Shown here: positions 23,983 through 39,500 of the stretch, piece after piece
How positions within the stretch are numbered: position 1 is the first letter of the stretch
How the letters are laid out: each line of letters opens with the position of its first letter
NCBI RefSeq assembly: GCF_040938485.1
Contig: NW_027272164.1
Location: forward strand, 372,001 to 436,000
Source of the DNA: Diadema antillarum
Taxonomy: Eukaryota
DNA: 64,000 nt
Direction of reading: 5' to 3'
The notes under the pieces: generated by a model
The model's database searches: none
Seen by the model: only the letters and a program-made list of their open reading frames with translations
Told to the model about the DNA's origin: nothing
Position numbers and translations under genes: made by a program

Positions 23983-26911
23983 TACATATTATGTATGTAT
24001 ATGAAGTAAACATAATCTATACATATACATAGATTTACATATTATACAGTGCATATTATACAATCAGAGTTCATACTCACAAACAGGTTACGGCGAATAC
24101 TGATGTCTAGAGGAGAATTCCAGGCCAACTATTCAAGTTAGTCTGAGGATAAGGAGTAAGAATAATACGTTACAAGCACAGCAGTGAATTTTATGAATAA
24201 GAAAGTAAATCCTTCAGTCAAGTTATTGTGAAGTATCTTGTTACTTAGAAAGGATTATAAAGGGTGATTCTTTTCAAACAAAGAGTCCGTAGACAATGAC
24301 GTTAACACCTTGTTAAATTAAGTCATACGTACATTTTTTTTTTTTTTTTTGCACATCACGTGCGAAATAGGTTAATCTTCGAAATTGCAAAAATTGTTTG
24401 TTCTCGGGGTTTTTATCCCACTTTTAACTTATCAAGATCAATGTAAACATATCAAAGAGACTCGTCGCTTTACGTTGGCTGTTGTCAGGTCTGGCAAGTC
24501 AATGGGGTACCATTCATAACTTGTGTAAATAAAGGTGGTGTTGTCTACTAGGCCTCCTTTTTCGTGAAGGTTATACAAAATGCATGATAGTAAATAAAAA
24601 CTCAATGAGTACTGCAAAGGGAGGTGCTGAAATAGATGCCTTTTGCCCAATGCTGTTGTTCTGTTAATGCTCCTGGTGACATCACAATTTCACACTTTTC
24701 CAGCAGAAGGAGGTGTTCTTTTCATAACACTTATGCAAATTTGTATTCATAGTTTTTCGAGAGCAAAATAAAAACGGTGAGCGCGGCCAGTCGTCAATCT
24801 TCCAAGTCAGGCGAATACAAAAAACAGAACAGCGCCCCCTATCGATAGAATGAAAAGTTTCTGCATACGCTGATGATACAAGGGGGTTTTAACTTATTCA
24901 GTCCTGCACTTCCGAGTTGAAAATATGTGGAAAAAGGCTGGATGGTCTCTAAAAAGACAATAAGATTGTATTTTGCATTAAGAGAGAGTATAAATAAAAA
25001 TAAATGAAATGTAATAGCGATAGAAAAAACTCTCTGCAGTTGAAAAAGAAAATAATCCGTGAATAGATAATAATTATGATGATTATTGTATAACTTCAAC
25101 ACACTTTTACAAGATGTTATTTGTTATGATATTGTTCCCATATAACCTGCTATGTAGTAACATTTTGTTACATCTTTTTATCTGAATCCAGCGGAAGTAC
25201 TCCCGTGTCAATTAGACAAAGCTGATGATGGAATTTTAACCCTTTCCTTCCCAGGGGGTTTGGATAGTGTGAACATCCCTCTGGAGTTTCCTGTGCCAAT
25301 CAACACTCAACGCACAAAACTGGTTAACGAATGCCAACAAATATCATAGATACCACTGCCCTAATTCGTGTACAGAATTTGCAACAATCTAATACATGAA
25401 TATAATAAAGAAATCATTCTAAAAAGAGCCTCCAGTATAGAAAAATAAACTCAACAACATACATTAATTTTTTATGTAAATCACCATGTAATACACGTAT
25501 CACTTTCTACAACTCTAGTAAGCTAACGACATTGACACATTAATACGTCTAACAATGCATTTACGTCCTCTCAGATTTTTGTCGGTTTTTTTTTTGGGGG
25601 GGGGGGGAACGTTCTTGTTGGGAACCTTTTTTCTCTTCTTTTAAAGTATATTTATTTTTTGGATGAATTTCCTCTTTCAAAAGTTATTCACATGAATTCT
25701 GCGCCAGAAGATCAAACCACTGACAATCGTGGCAAGCGAGAAAATGCTTGTACGCTGAGTATCTAGCAAATAAGAGTTTTCAGGTATGAATATCATTACC
25801 TCCTTTATAATGCCTGTGTAGAAGAAGTTCTATTACTTCATCTTAAGAAGTCAAGTCTGTACAGTATGACTCAAGCCAAGGATTACATTCGTCGGCTCTT
25901 CGAGAAAGCTGTCTCGCTCCAGCTCTCATTACACTGCAATGGAACAACATTCATCTTCTGATAATTATGCAATAGAATATAATTTATCCCAGCAATGCCC
26001 AGTCATCGAAATATTTTCTAGAATCAAAGTGTATATACTTACTCAGCGAGGATACCGTTCACATATTTTGATTCTTCACAAATTTCTTAGACACCATTAA
26101 CGTGGGGGTTTAATCAGTCTGTCTTACTGTTTCCATTTAACTACTGTGAATATCTAACGCATATAAATGGCAAAAAAGAGCACCTGCGAACATACTTTGA
26201 AACAATGCATGGTATGAACATTAATTTTTCATCAATGTTCGATAGCATAAGAATACATAAGCTTCTAAAGCACATGTTTTACTTACGATACATTGTTGTT
26301 TTTTTTTCTATTCTAAACCAAGATCGAACATTAATACTTGTCAAAGTGAAACAATTTGTTAATGAAACATAAGAGACATTGAATCTCTCGCTTATCAAAC
26401 TATTTGCCGTGTGTCCAGCTTTGGGTAATTACGTAGTGTATTAACACAGCTGGCCAGGTGTGAGCCCAAGAGGGCGCACACATATATTTGTATGATCGAT
26501 CTTTTGGTTGCATCGATACCTCCTTGGTTCACTCTGTGCGTTCAATCAAAACGGATTTGTCACAAACTTGTTTTAGTGCTGCATGTGCTGCATTAAGTTA
26601 CAAAGGTTGCCTACGGAGCAAGATAAAGCGAAAGAGGTTATTGGTTGTCCTATATAATAACCAGATAGGTGAGAGAAGTGTCACCTCCCTGTCCTAACCA
26701 ACAGCACAGACAATAATACATGTATTGTGAAAATGAGACATTCCTTTCCATAGTGCTTCCCTCCACAGAAATTCAAAGACCCCCCCCAAAAAAAAAAAAA
26801 TAATAATAAATAAATAAATAAATAAAAAATCTGAATAGCGTATAAAAGCCATTTATTTTGTTGTTGTCATGGTTTGCCTATTCTGAGCACCACTGCACTC
26901 TACGTTGGCAG

Positions 26912-27400
26912 AATTTGAATTGAATTGAAAAGGTGTTTTATTCATCAATATCTATCGCAGCCGGGAGGCTGAATTACAGACATTGTTAACAAAGGGTCAT
27001 GAATACATTAAAAATACCCACAAAATACAGTGTAGCAATGAAGAAAAAAAAATGCATAGAACAACAAAGGGTCAATCTTATTCATCTTGACCATTGCACA
27101 ATGAGATCAACCTATAATACAAAACAAAAACAAATATTACAAATACAATATCACATATCACTATTCTCAATAATTATCAGAAAATAAATTGAGTTTATGT
27201 TAATTGTGTATGCCGGCCACTTACTAGTATACTTATTAATACATATGTTGTTATACAGCTCAAATAAACACATTTTACACAACAAAAATAATCAGTTTGA
27301 TTCAAAAAATATTTTCTCACAATCTTCTCTTCCTAAGCATAAACTTCAATATCAAAATCCATTGAATTTACCCACAGCGCATTACATCAAATCAACACCA
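26912..27400 (-). mobile_element. Possible decayed LINE 3' end
   Basis: On the minus strand it ends in AATAAAACACCTTTTCAATTCAATTCAAATTC. A degenerate minus-strand peptide ALWVNSMD...KIVRKYFL weakly recalls a CR1/L2 ORF2 C-terminus. Confidence 0.3.
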
Positions 27401-28083
27401 TGGATATACCTAGGTCCATGCGTTACACTAGGCAATAGGGCAGTCCTTTAGCACATTATCCAGCCATCGCATTCTTGCATAGGATAGATTCAAGGACTAT
27501 TGCAAATCGGGATGTAGGCGTTATAACGCAGCCGAGTACACCTTCCTGACCTGATCAACCAATATAGAACTTGTTGTATGTTGTAATATACAACTATGGT
27601 TATATCAAGGAGTTATCACACACTCGATCCTTGAGTAATAACCCCTAGCTCTCTTCAAGAATACTGTTTCAGTGGGTTAATTATTACACACACCTAGCGT
27701 GATACACAGCCCGTCGGTTTCTTCGTCAGTAAAGAAGTCGATTCCGTTCTATAGCTGGATCCATATTTCGCACAGTCACCAGGTCAATCCAGTCATGCCA
27801 GTAATTTAACAGCTTGGGAGTGTGAACAACTCCCCAGTGGTACCCCCTGATCATAACTTATCGAGAAACTAAAATACGGAGTGCGTAATTGGAGGTTGAA
27901 CATCACGAGGCTGCACTTTGTTATTCTGATTAGGAAAAACAGTTTAGAAATAACACAAGACACTCACGGCACAAACAGACAAAATCGCACACGTGATAGA
28001 CACATTCAGTTACAGCACACTCATGCAGAATGAAGCAGAAATCAGAATTACAGAGGCAAAAACGCAACCGATAAAAATAGGAC

Positions 28084-28721
28084 TGAAGAGTTTGTTCGCA
28101 AAATCTGACAAGTCCATTTTTGAAGATTTTGAAGTACGATCTCTGTCATAAAGTACAAAATGATACCTTTTAAAGGGATCGTATAGTTTTGGTTGAGACC
28201 TAATTTCAGGTTTCTAACATTTTTGGTGAGAAAATAAGAAACCTCTTATGAAATATGAAAGAGCATGTAATTCCATGAGGAATTCAACATTTATTTGATG
28301 AAAATTGGTTTTGAAATGGCTGAGATATCCAAAACAGAGTGATTCTAATAAGTGTGGGACCCACACTTTATTACGATCGCTTTGTTTTACTTTGTTTTTG
28401 GATTTTTCAGTCATTCCAAACCCGATTTTCATCAAATAAACTTTGAATTCCTCTTAAAATGGTATGCTCTGTACTATTTCATAAGTGTTTTCTTGGTATC
28501 TCGCAAAAAGTTAAAAGCCCAATTCTCATCTCCACCAATACTGTACTATCCCTTTAAATGACATATTGGTCACTAAATATTTTATAAAGGTATATTTTTG
28601 AAGTTACGGTCAAAAGAAGCAAAATTTTTCTCATTATTCTCTTTATTTTTCTTGACCTTTAATCGCAAATATCTCCATTTGGCAACTGTGGACTTATCGG
28701 TTTTTGCAAACAAACTCTTCA
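28084..28721. mobile_element. TIR element (host) interrupted by a nested MITE
   Basis: Imperfect TIRs of about 33 bp: TGAAGAGTTTGTTCGCAAAATCTGACAAGTCCA (28084-28116) and TGGACTTATCGGTTTTTGCAAACAAACTCTTCA (28689-28721). Confidence 0.65.
28174..28553 (+). mobile_element. 380-bp TTAA-flanked MITE (Kolobok-like), copy A
   Basis: TTAA at 28170-28173 and 28554-28557. TIRs AGGGATCGTATAGTTTTGGTTGAGA / AGGGATAGTACAGTATTGGTGGAGA. Internal inverted repeats. Near-identical to 50156-50535. Confidence 0.9.
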
Positions 28722-29909
28722 AGTAGACTCATTCCCTGTCTCCTTACCCCCAACAAATGCGACATTTTTATTTTTTTCCGCACATAATTTACTGGAATGC
28801 GTGTTTTCTTTTGTTTTGTTTTTTAGCTAGTTCTACTTGGCGATTATCTATAAAAGGTGAATACGCAAACGCTTATTTCCAATATAGTACATATTCCAAT
28901 TATAGTACAGGACAAACACTGCACACATAAGTATAGAGACACATTCAAGATATTTAATAGGAAATGAAGTACAGTATAACCTATAACTTGGAAAGATGTA
29001 ATGGGCATTTAAAATCTTATGGGCTGTATCTTTGAATGAACAAAATATCTACATACGTTCGATTGTTACTTCTAGAGCATGTAGGATTTTTCCATCTATA
29101 GACAGCTAATTCTTGACCATTCATACGCCCATAATTGAAATAACTATACATTCTTTGTCGATAAGAGTAAGGCTTAATCATCAGAAAATATGATATAAAA
29201 TATATGATATGTACATACACTTATATTTGGCGAGATTACAGGCCACTTTATCAGAGATCTCTAAAGTCATGCGAAATACTAAACGAAAAACAGAGTAGGC
29301 CTATAACATTGTCTTTAAAAATTGTAATCTTGGCATCTATTTTAATAAGTTCATGTATAATGTGTAATACTTTGTTTGATTGTATCAAATTATAACCCAT
29401 GTATCGTTTTGTTCTTGTTTGTACGTTATGCTTTTCTTCCATATAAACATAAAAAAGAATCGCATTTGCTATCAATGTTGAAAATCACTCTAAGTAAACA
29501 GTACAGTCATCTAAGCGATACTACCTTGTATTTTACACATTCATAATAAGGACATGGGGTCTGAAATCTGAGAGTCATAGTAATTATATAAAGGTGTAGA
29601 ATAAGAATTTGTTTTTCGTTATCAATAGTCATCGTTCTTCATTCAATCATTCATTCATACATGCCTTTATATTTCCATCTCCTACAAAACATGTAGGCCT
29701 AAATACATTTTGTTTTTACGGGTGATATATAAATATGAATTTGGTTGAGAAAGTGCTTGACTGTGGTTTTGTGCATTATGACAAAAAGAGGAGATATGAA
29801 CTAATTGCTTGCTATACACAAAGAGGAAATCTGTAGGTGGATGGAAGGAAAAAAAGATGATGATGATATAATTATTCTCTTAATACAGTCGTCTGTCACT
29901 TGTTAATAA

Positions 29910-30471
29910 AGGACAAGTTCACCTTCATAGACATGTGGGTTGAGTGAGTGCATGGAGCAATATTAGTAGAACACATCAGTGAGAGTTTGAGGAGAATTGG
30001 ACAACCCGTTCAAAAGTTTGAATTTTTGAAGTTTCTCCTCACTCAAGGCTCGATGAGAAGACTACTATAGCTTGTGATGTCACATGAGTACAACGATATA
30101 AATAAAGAATAAAGAAAATTCAACATATTTCCATTTTTCTCGCATAACAAAAGAACACTTGATTTCTCTCTTTCAGAAGGCAGGGGGAATAATATTGCCC
30201 TTAACATATGTCAGTAACAAGTCGAAGAAATGTGCACTTTATTCAGAAAGTGAAGTTTTGTGAAATTCTCTTTTTATTTTCTTTATATCGTTGTACGCAT
30301 ATGATATCATACACTGTAGTAGTCTTCTCATCCAGCAGTGACTGTGCAGATACTTTAAACATTCATAACTTTTGAACAGATTGTCTGATTTTCCCCAGAC
30401 TTTCTCTGATGTGTTCTACTAATATTGTTGCATTCCCTCAATCCACATGTCTATGAAGGTGAACTTGTCCT
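29910..30471. mobile_element. About 560-bp foldback MITE with AGG termini (Kolobok-like)
   Basis: 35-bp TIR AGGACAAGTTCACCTTCATAGACATGTGG(G/A)TTGAG. TTAA-like flanks (ATAA left, TTAA overlapping the right end). Internal arms are also inverted. Confidence 0.85.
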
Positions 30472-32049
30472 TAAGAAGTGACAACACTTCTTACAATACC
30501 ATCTTCATATTACTAGACCATAGATAACGAATATGTACAGTGTGAAATTCGATGGGGAGGTTCCGCGTGTTATCGATACGCCAATTCTATGTCCTTGTTG
30601 CCACGGTCAAGCTCCAGCCGTTGGTAAGGTCAACATGATTGTATAGACCAGGATTGGAGCCTGCGTGAAACGGTCGTTAAGTACTTATTACGTAATTTCA
30701 CCTAGTCTTCGATTTTAAGAACCCTGTTCAGCTATAGGTCTGCTGGATCATGGATTCGATATTTCAGCGACAGCTCTAAATCCGCAAGCCCGTTTTGCAG
30801 GACCCAAGAGACAAATTGTATTTCAAGATGTATCATTTAATTTATACTAATATCGCTGTATCTATTCCCAGACATCTTCAACTTCCGCATTCCTCACCAA
30901 TGACGTAGAGGACTAGAGCAGGGTGGCAATCAGCCTTGCCGTTGGTTCTATCATAATTACTGTTTGTACTACGTGAATAAAAGCACAGAGATCAGGGAGG
31001 TGGAAAGAGACACAGCTTCTCGTATTCACTATTATGCTACGGACGACGATGGATTATATAAAATGTCATGTATTAGGGGCCTACATCTGAAATAGGTTGA
31101 CAGGACATATCGTATATATGTATATATATAATTTGCTCTCACATATCATTCTCTACCAACGTGATTAATGAAGAAAAGATTGGTGAACATATACCACAAT
31201 GACCTTTTTAGTTTTAGGTGATAATAGTGCCCGATGATATTCTGTAGTTTCGTCTCATTTTCATATTTCAGGGCTTTTTACCGCTGCCAACGAACATAAT
31301 CGTTAGAAATGGCAGCAATACTGTACATGGACAATATTGCAATGAAGCTCTTCCATAAATAAGGACTGAACACTTTACGGGACAATCACTATACAGTAAT
31401 CAAGGAACATGCTGTTATATTATTCTGGCATTTATGATAAAGCCTCTCTGGAATGCGACACGTTGCCGAAACCACGGTTCCAATAACACGAGGACGATAA
31501 TGTCCGTGTTCTCTGAGCAACACGCGCCAGAAGCAGCGTGTGAAGCCTGAAGGCTAGAGCTTGCTATGGTAGCTACATATATCTCTCTCTGCCACTATGC
31601 TGGTATGTTATATATAATAAATCTTGTACACTTTATCATCAATAAACACAAAGAAGTATACACTTCAGGAGGAGAAACCAGAAAATATATGTACAGTATA
31701 TTAAAATCTTTGGGGAAACCCAACGTGTGATACTTGTAACAGGGAGATCACCTCCGTGCTTGAAAGCACGATATACAGCTGTAGAAACACATCACATATT
31801 GCAGCTACCATTCGACCTCATGCGCGCCATGAATTTGTGCGGAATTTAGTCTCTTCATATTCTGCTGTTAAATATATCAATAAACCTTCATCTCTGTATG
31901 CAAAATGGGCAGTTAAAACAGACAAACATTATATAGTTATATATGTGACATTCCCAAAACTACTTCCCACAGCAAGAACGGCTCTTGCAAAGGGTCTGAA
32001 TAGACGACTAATAGGGATCATAGGTCAGATATGTTTGAAAGACCGTTCG

Positions 32050-32289
32050 CCGTCTCTTATGGCAACCTCAAAGCAACAGGCGGGTTGCCGTTGCTGGCAT
32101 TCCTTGGTAACCGTTATTTGGACCAATCAAAAGACGACTCGTAGAAGGCTATATAAGCCTCGGCGCGGTCGTGGCAACGTCAGTATATCTTTTCGAAACC
32201 CTACCATCGACTTGGGACGAGAAAAGTGCCTTCATCAAGCCATTACCTCTTTGTATTCATTCGTTGTTTTGACGACATAATCTGCAATC
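32050..32289 (+). promoter_or_regulatory. Promoter/5'UTR of gene 3
   Basis: X-box-like GTCTCTTATGGCAAC at 32052-32066, further GGTAAC/GGCAAC half sites, CCAAT near 32123, TATATAA at 32150-32156 and TCAGT initiator at 32180 (TATA at about -32). Confidence 0.7.
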
Positions 32290-35094
<2,805 letters not shown>

Positions 35095-35241
35095 ATGACA
35101 ACATGTGTCATTCCACAGCGCATTCAGTTTGAACGCTGACCAGATTCCTTCGTGAACCATTCCACATCAATGACAATTCCCTCGGAACAAGACTTTGTTG
35201 AAATTTCCATAACTGCAGCAAAATCCCAAGGATGCCGAAAA

Positions 35242-35313
35242 AATAAACTCTCATTCAGTCACTTGAAAGCACAATCAATCACCTTGCCTTTTTTGGAGCA
35301 AAGTTCCAATAAA
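35242..35313 (+). terminator. Candidate polyadenylation signals, gene 3
   Basis: AATAAA at 35242 and 35308. Confidence 0.45.
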
Positions 35314-36468
35314 GTTTAAAGCTTTGATATCTCATAAACTTACGGTTTCCTGCGCAATATCTTATCCGAGTTATGGTGGGGGAGTGCTGTGTTGGACGTA
35401 GGTTGTGGCTTTGAGAGGTGAGAATATATAAGTACTTGCGTGGTGTTTACCGTGTCTGTTTGTGTCAGCTTCAGAGAGGTTGCTTACAAAAATCTTAAGA
35501 AAAAACAAACAAACTTAAAAACTTCTTGTGTTTGTACATGTGAGTGTGTGTGTTGTTGTTGCTGTTTGGTTTTTTTTCCGGGAATGGTACTTGTATAGAA
35601 CGTTTATTACTTGTGCCTAATTCCACAAGGAAATGGCTACGCTAATCAAGTCAATATCAGCTCAAACACAACAGACTTGTAGATGCATGACCACGACACG
35701 TACACTAGCCATCCTGACAGACATAGTCTGTACATGACGGGTACAATGAATATACATTTTGGCACACTTGTACAGGGATACATGTACAAACACCGTAAAC
35801 ATTTACATTGACACAAAAAAAAAAAAAATGACATAGACACATTAATGTGCCCTTGTCTAATTTGCATAATACATGTCCAACAATACACCTGTATGTGATG
35901 GTTACCTAATAGTTTGGATAACTCCTAATACATGTAGTTTGGATAACTGTTTTAAACTTAAAACTCTTCACCACTCTGTTTAGATTCACTGAAAAAATAA
36001 ATCATCTTGGCCTTCATGTGTGCGGAATTCGTCCTACTGTCTCGTACTTGTACATTGTACAAGAAAACGCGTGTGTTTTTGCTTTTTTTTCTATTAGATT
36101 TTGGCAAACTGCTCTTGTGGTCATAAACGACAAAATAAATATGTGCCAAGGAACACCCTTCTTTTCTCGAAAATATTTTTAAAAAAAAGAAAAGAAAAGA
36201 AAGAAAACCCTAGTAAGAAGGTCAAGGTAGGGGAAATAAAAAACAAACTGAAATAAAGATTTTGATACGTTTGTACAATGTACGATACAAGTCATGACAT
36301 ATCAGTGCATTATGTGTGTGTGTGTGTGTGTGTGTGACTGTATTCTTTAGACAAATGGAGAGAGAGAGAGAGAGGAGAGGTGAAAAAAGTTCGACAAAGA
36401 GGGCGCTAGTCCACTAAAAATGTAGTATGCCCTTTTACAAATGGAGTAAAAAAAAAACAACTCTACAG

Positions 36469-36588
36469 GGGCCTGTCTTATAAAGACTTGTGATAGAAAT
36501 CAATCACAAGTTTCTTGTGAGCTGCAATGCAAGTTGCGATTGATTTTGGGGACTTGTGATTGATTTGAAGGCTTTATAAGACGGGGCC
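36469..36588. mobile_element. 120-bp MITE with CAG target duplication (PIF/Harbinger-like)
   Basis: CAG|GGGCCTGTCTTATAAAG ... CTTTATAAGACGGGGCC|CAG. Internal ACTTGTGAT/ATCACAAGT palindromes. Confidence 0.65.
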
Positions 36589-39500
36589 CAGGTAAGCCTA
36601 CATGTACATGTATACAGTATTGAACATTCCTGTGAAAAGGGAACTCGGTCTCATTTTCGATGGACATGCACATGGTAAAGAGCAAATCAAGTAAAATAAA
36701 AAAGATAACACGTACGATAGACTTGGCAAATATGGGGAATATTTCAACATGCGCATTTTTTGCATGTTTTTCTTCATTACTGATACAGTCTGCAAATGAA
36801 TGAACTTTACAAAATCCCATCGAATAAGGTTATGTCATCATCGCCCTATAACAAATGTATTCTTAGTTTATTAATCAGAAAGTTATACTTTCAAATCATT
36901 CTTTGTCAATAATCTAACAATCAATGCCCTAGAATTGAATTTGATTCTAAGGATTTTTTTTCTCTCTCTCTCTTTGAATTCATTTAAAAAAATGAGAGGA
37001 AATGGTCTCAAGATGAGTTGTAAATCTGATTTTGAGATTATTTTAGCGATAATGTGCCAAATCTGAAATGTTCATTGCATTATCGTTTACTTGCCGTGTG
37101 AAATGTTGTAAAAGTACATGATACATCGTATTGTACAATGATAACTATTATGTCTGTTGGCAGCCTTCAATGGTGTTTTTGATGTTATACCCTCCGTTTA
37201 TACAGACGCGAAAGTGGCAGACGAGAAGAAGAGGGTATAGTCAGACTGGTTTGAGAAGGACTGAGATAAAACAGCCACATCTATAATAATGATACTAATG
37301 ACTACAGTAAAATGACCGGTATAATCTTATTTTTACCTACATTGAAGCTAGCATGGCTGATCGAGCTCTCTTGCCGAATGGTTCAAATGCAACGCTATTT
37401 CAGTTTCACGTTGATAACAGATGACTGGTCAGTGGAGTATAAACTCACTAAGAAAGTGAATGGTATAAGCTGCATTAAACTTTGTGTAACAGACCAGTTA
37501 TGTTAATCTCTGCAACTAAGCAATGTACAATTTGAATTGGCAATAGTGCCTTACTTGAGTCTAGTTTTGAGACTAATCTTGTGAGTCTGAGAGGTGTAGA
37601 CTACGCTCTCACTTCTTCTTCTTTTTGCTGAGGTACAAAACCCTATTGTGTGTGTGGCTCACACACCCTATTGTTTTAGTGAAAGCATGCAGCATTGACC
37701 ATACTGTGTTCAGGGTTGTGTGCAGTCATCAAAATGTGGCTGGGGGACCAGTGAAACATTCTGGAGCAGGATGATGGATGAAAGCTAGCATGTCTTAGCT
37801 CAAAGGTTCCAGAAGTTTCAACAAAGTTGTGGAGAAACAAGAGGCCTGAACTTGGTGAGAAACCTGGGTTACAATGCCTGGACTATGAAAATGACAACTT
37901 TGTTATTATATAGTTGTACAATAAGTGACAAGTGTGAGTTTGAAGCATGATTTGTCAAGTTGTGTAAAGAAAGGTTGTAGTCAGTGCTGCTGAGGGCAGC
38001 TGCATTACGCAGAGTTACTGCATAAGCTAAGATATGGTACCGATGGTGCAGATAAATGTGTGTGTTATACCTGGCAAACTAGAGAGTAACTTGTCACAAT
38101 GCTATGTTATATATGAAGGATACTGGTTGGCTTCATGATATTAGAGGGAGCTTGTGTGATTACTTTTGGGTGACACAGTAATGTATGCTCCAATGCAGGC
38201 AAGCCGTTCATGTTTATGCATAGTGTTTCCATTGGAAGTTTGATGCTATGCAAGTATAAATAGTCACTGTGTAATCACTGAAACTTTGAAAGGTGACTGA
38301 TTTTAGGTGATAAGTGATCCGGAGTGATTGTGTAGTAAGAAATAAGAGAGATGAAGGAAGACAGGGTATGCTGTTTCATTCCTTTCCCTAGGGATAAGGT
38401 TGTAGTTTTATGGCATAGGTTGCAGTGTGAGTGAGAATGCCATATTTCAAGAGTCACTTCATGCTGTGTTCATAGTTTAATGAGAATGATGGAAATAGAA
38501 GGTATGACAAGTATCCTGTATGAGGTACACCGTACGATGGAAACGGTATTAGCTTTACCATTCAGGCATTGAATGATGGTACGTCATAGCACTCTACATG
38601 GGGTATAAGGTAGCCTTAGATACATGGTATCGATCCATCACCCAGAGAGATGATGAACTAGTTGTATCTAGGTGTAGTGGTGCAGTGTACTAAAATTCGA
38701 GAAGTATGCTGTATCGGCTATAACATACACCTATGTTACTGTAGCATCAATGTGTTGTATATTCTTCTCTATGGAGAGTGTGCCAGATGGGATATGTTAC
38801 CATACTCCCTGGAATGTATAATACGGATGACGCTGGCTAGGTGTTTGATAGGAGTTATCTGTTATGACAAATAGAGTCTGTGACTCAAATCATAGTGCCG
38901 TTAGGTACAACAAGACACTAAGACATTCATGTTATTTTTATGTAATGTTGATACTACAGCGTTCAAGTTCACTGAGTGGCTTGGAAGTCACTGCACGGAG
39001 TCGAGTCTCGAGAGAGCTCAAGAGGGGTGAGTTGTAGTAGGGCAGTGATAAGCATATAGGCTAGCAAGCTCAACACTGCTTAATTTGTACATAGGTTGTT
39101 GTTGAAAGGAAACTTGTTTCAGGAAGTTTTTGGTCAGTTGAAATATGCTTTGTTTAATACATTTCAGAGTTGATGTTGTACGATACAGTATATTGGTGTT
39201 GATAGTCCTACAAGCCTGTTTGCTGACAAGGTAATATCATTAAATTTGTGCTGTTTGTAGTACATATAGCAGGCTGTGAGTTATTTTGCATATTATGAAA
39301 GCAGATGTTGGGACATATACACTGAGTCCAAAACAATACAAAGCAAAATAAACAACAAAAAAAGGGGGGGCAACTATATGCATGTGGCTGAAATAAATCA
39401 GAAGGGAGTACATTGTATATTGTGAATTTAAAGAATAAAGATGATTATCAGTGTAGATAATCTTCAGTGACAATGGTATAAAATCATATTTGTACAATGG

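Noticed and set aside
25782-25961. 59-codon open frame after a TTTTCAG acceptor-like site (RYEYHYLLYNACVEEVLLLHLKK...)
   Set aside because: No recognisable domain, no partner exons or donor site, and a length compatible with chance.
30551-30629. Short frame ..GEVPRVIDT..APAVG|GTAAG resembling the end of tubulin exon 2
   Set aside because: Only about 10 nt match, spacing is wrong and there is no other tubulin similarity. Judged coincidental.
31413-31741. Possible solo LTR (TGTTATAT start, internal AATAAA, ...ACA end)
   Set aside because: No target-site duplication or convincing terminal inverted repeat could be found.
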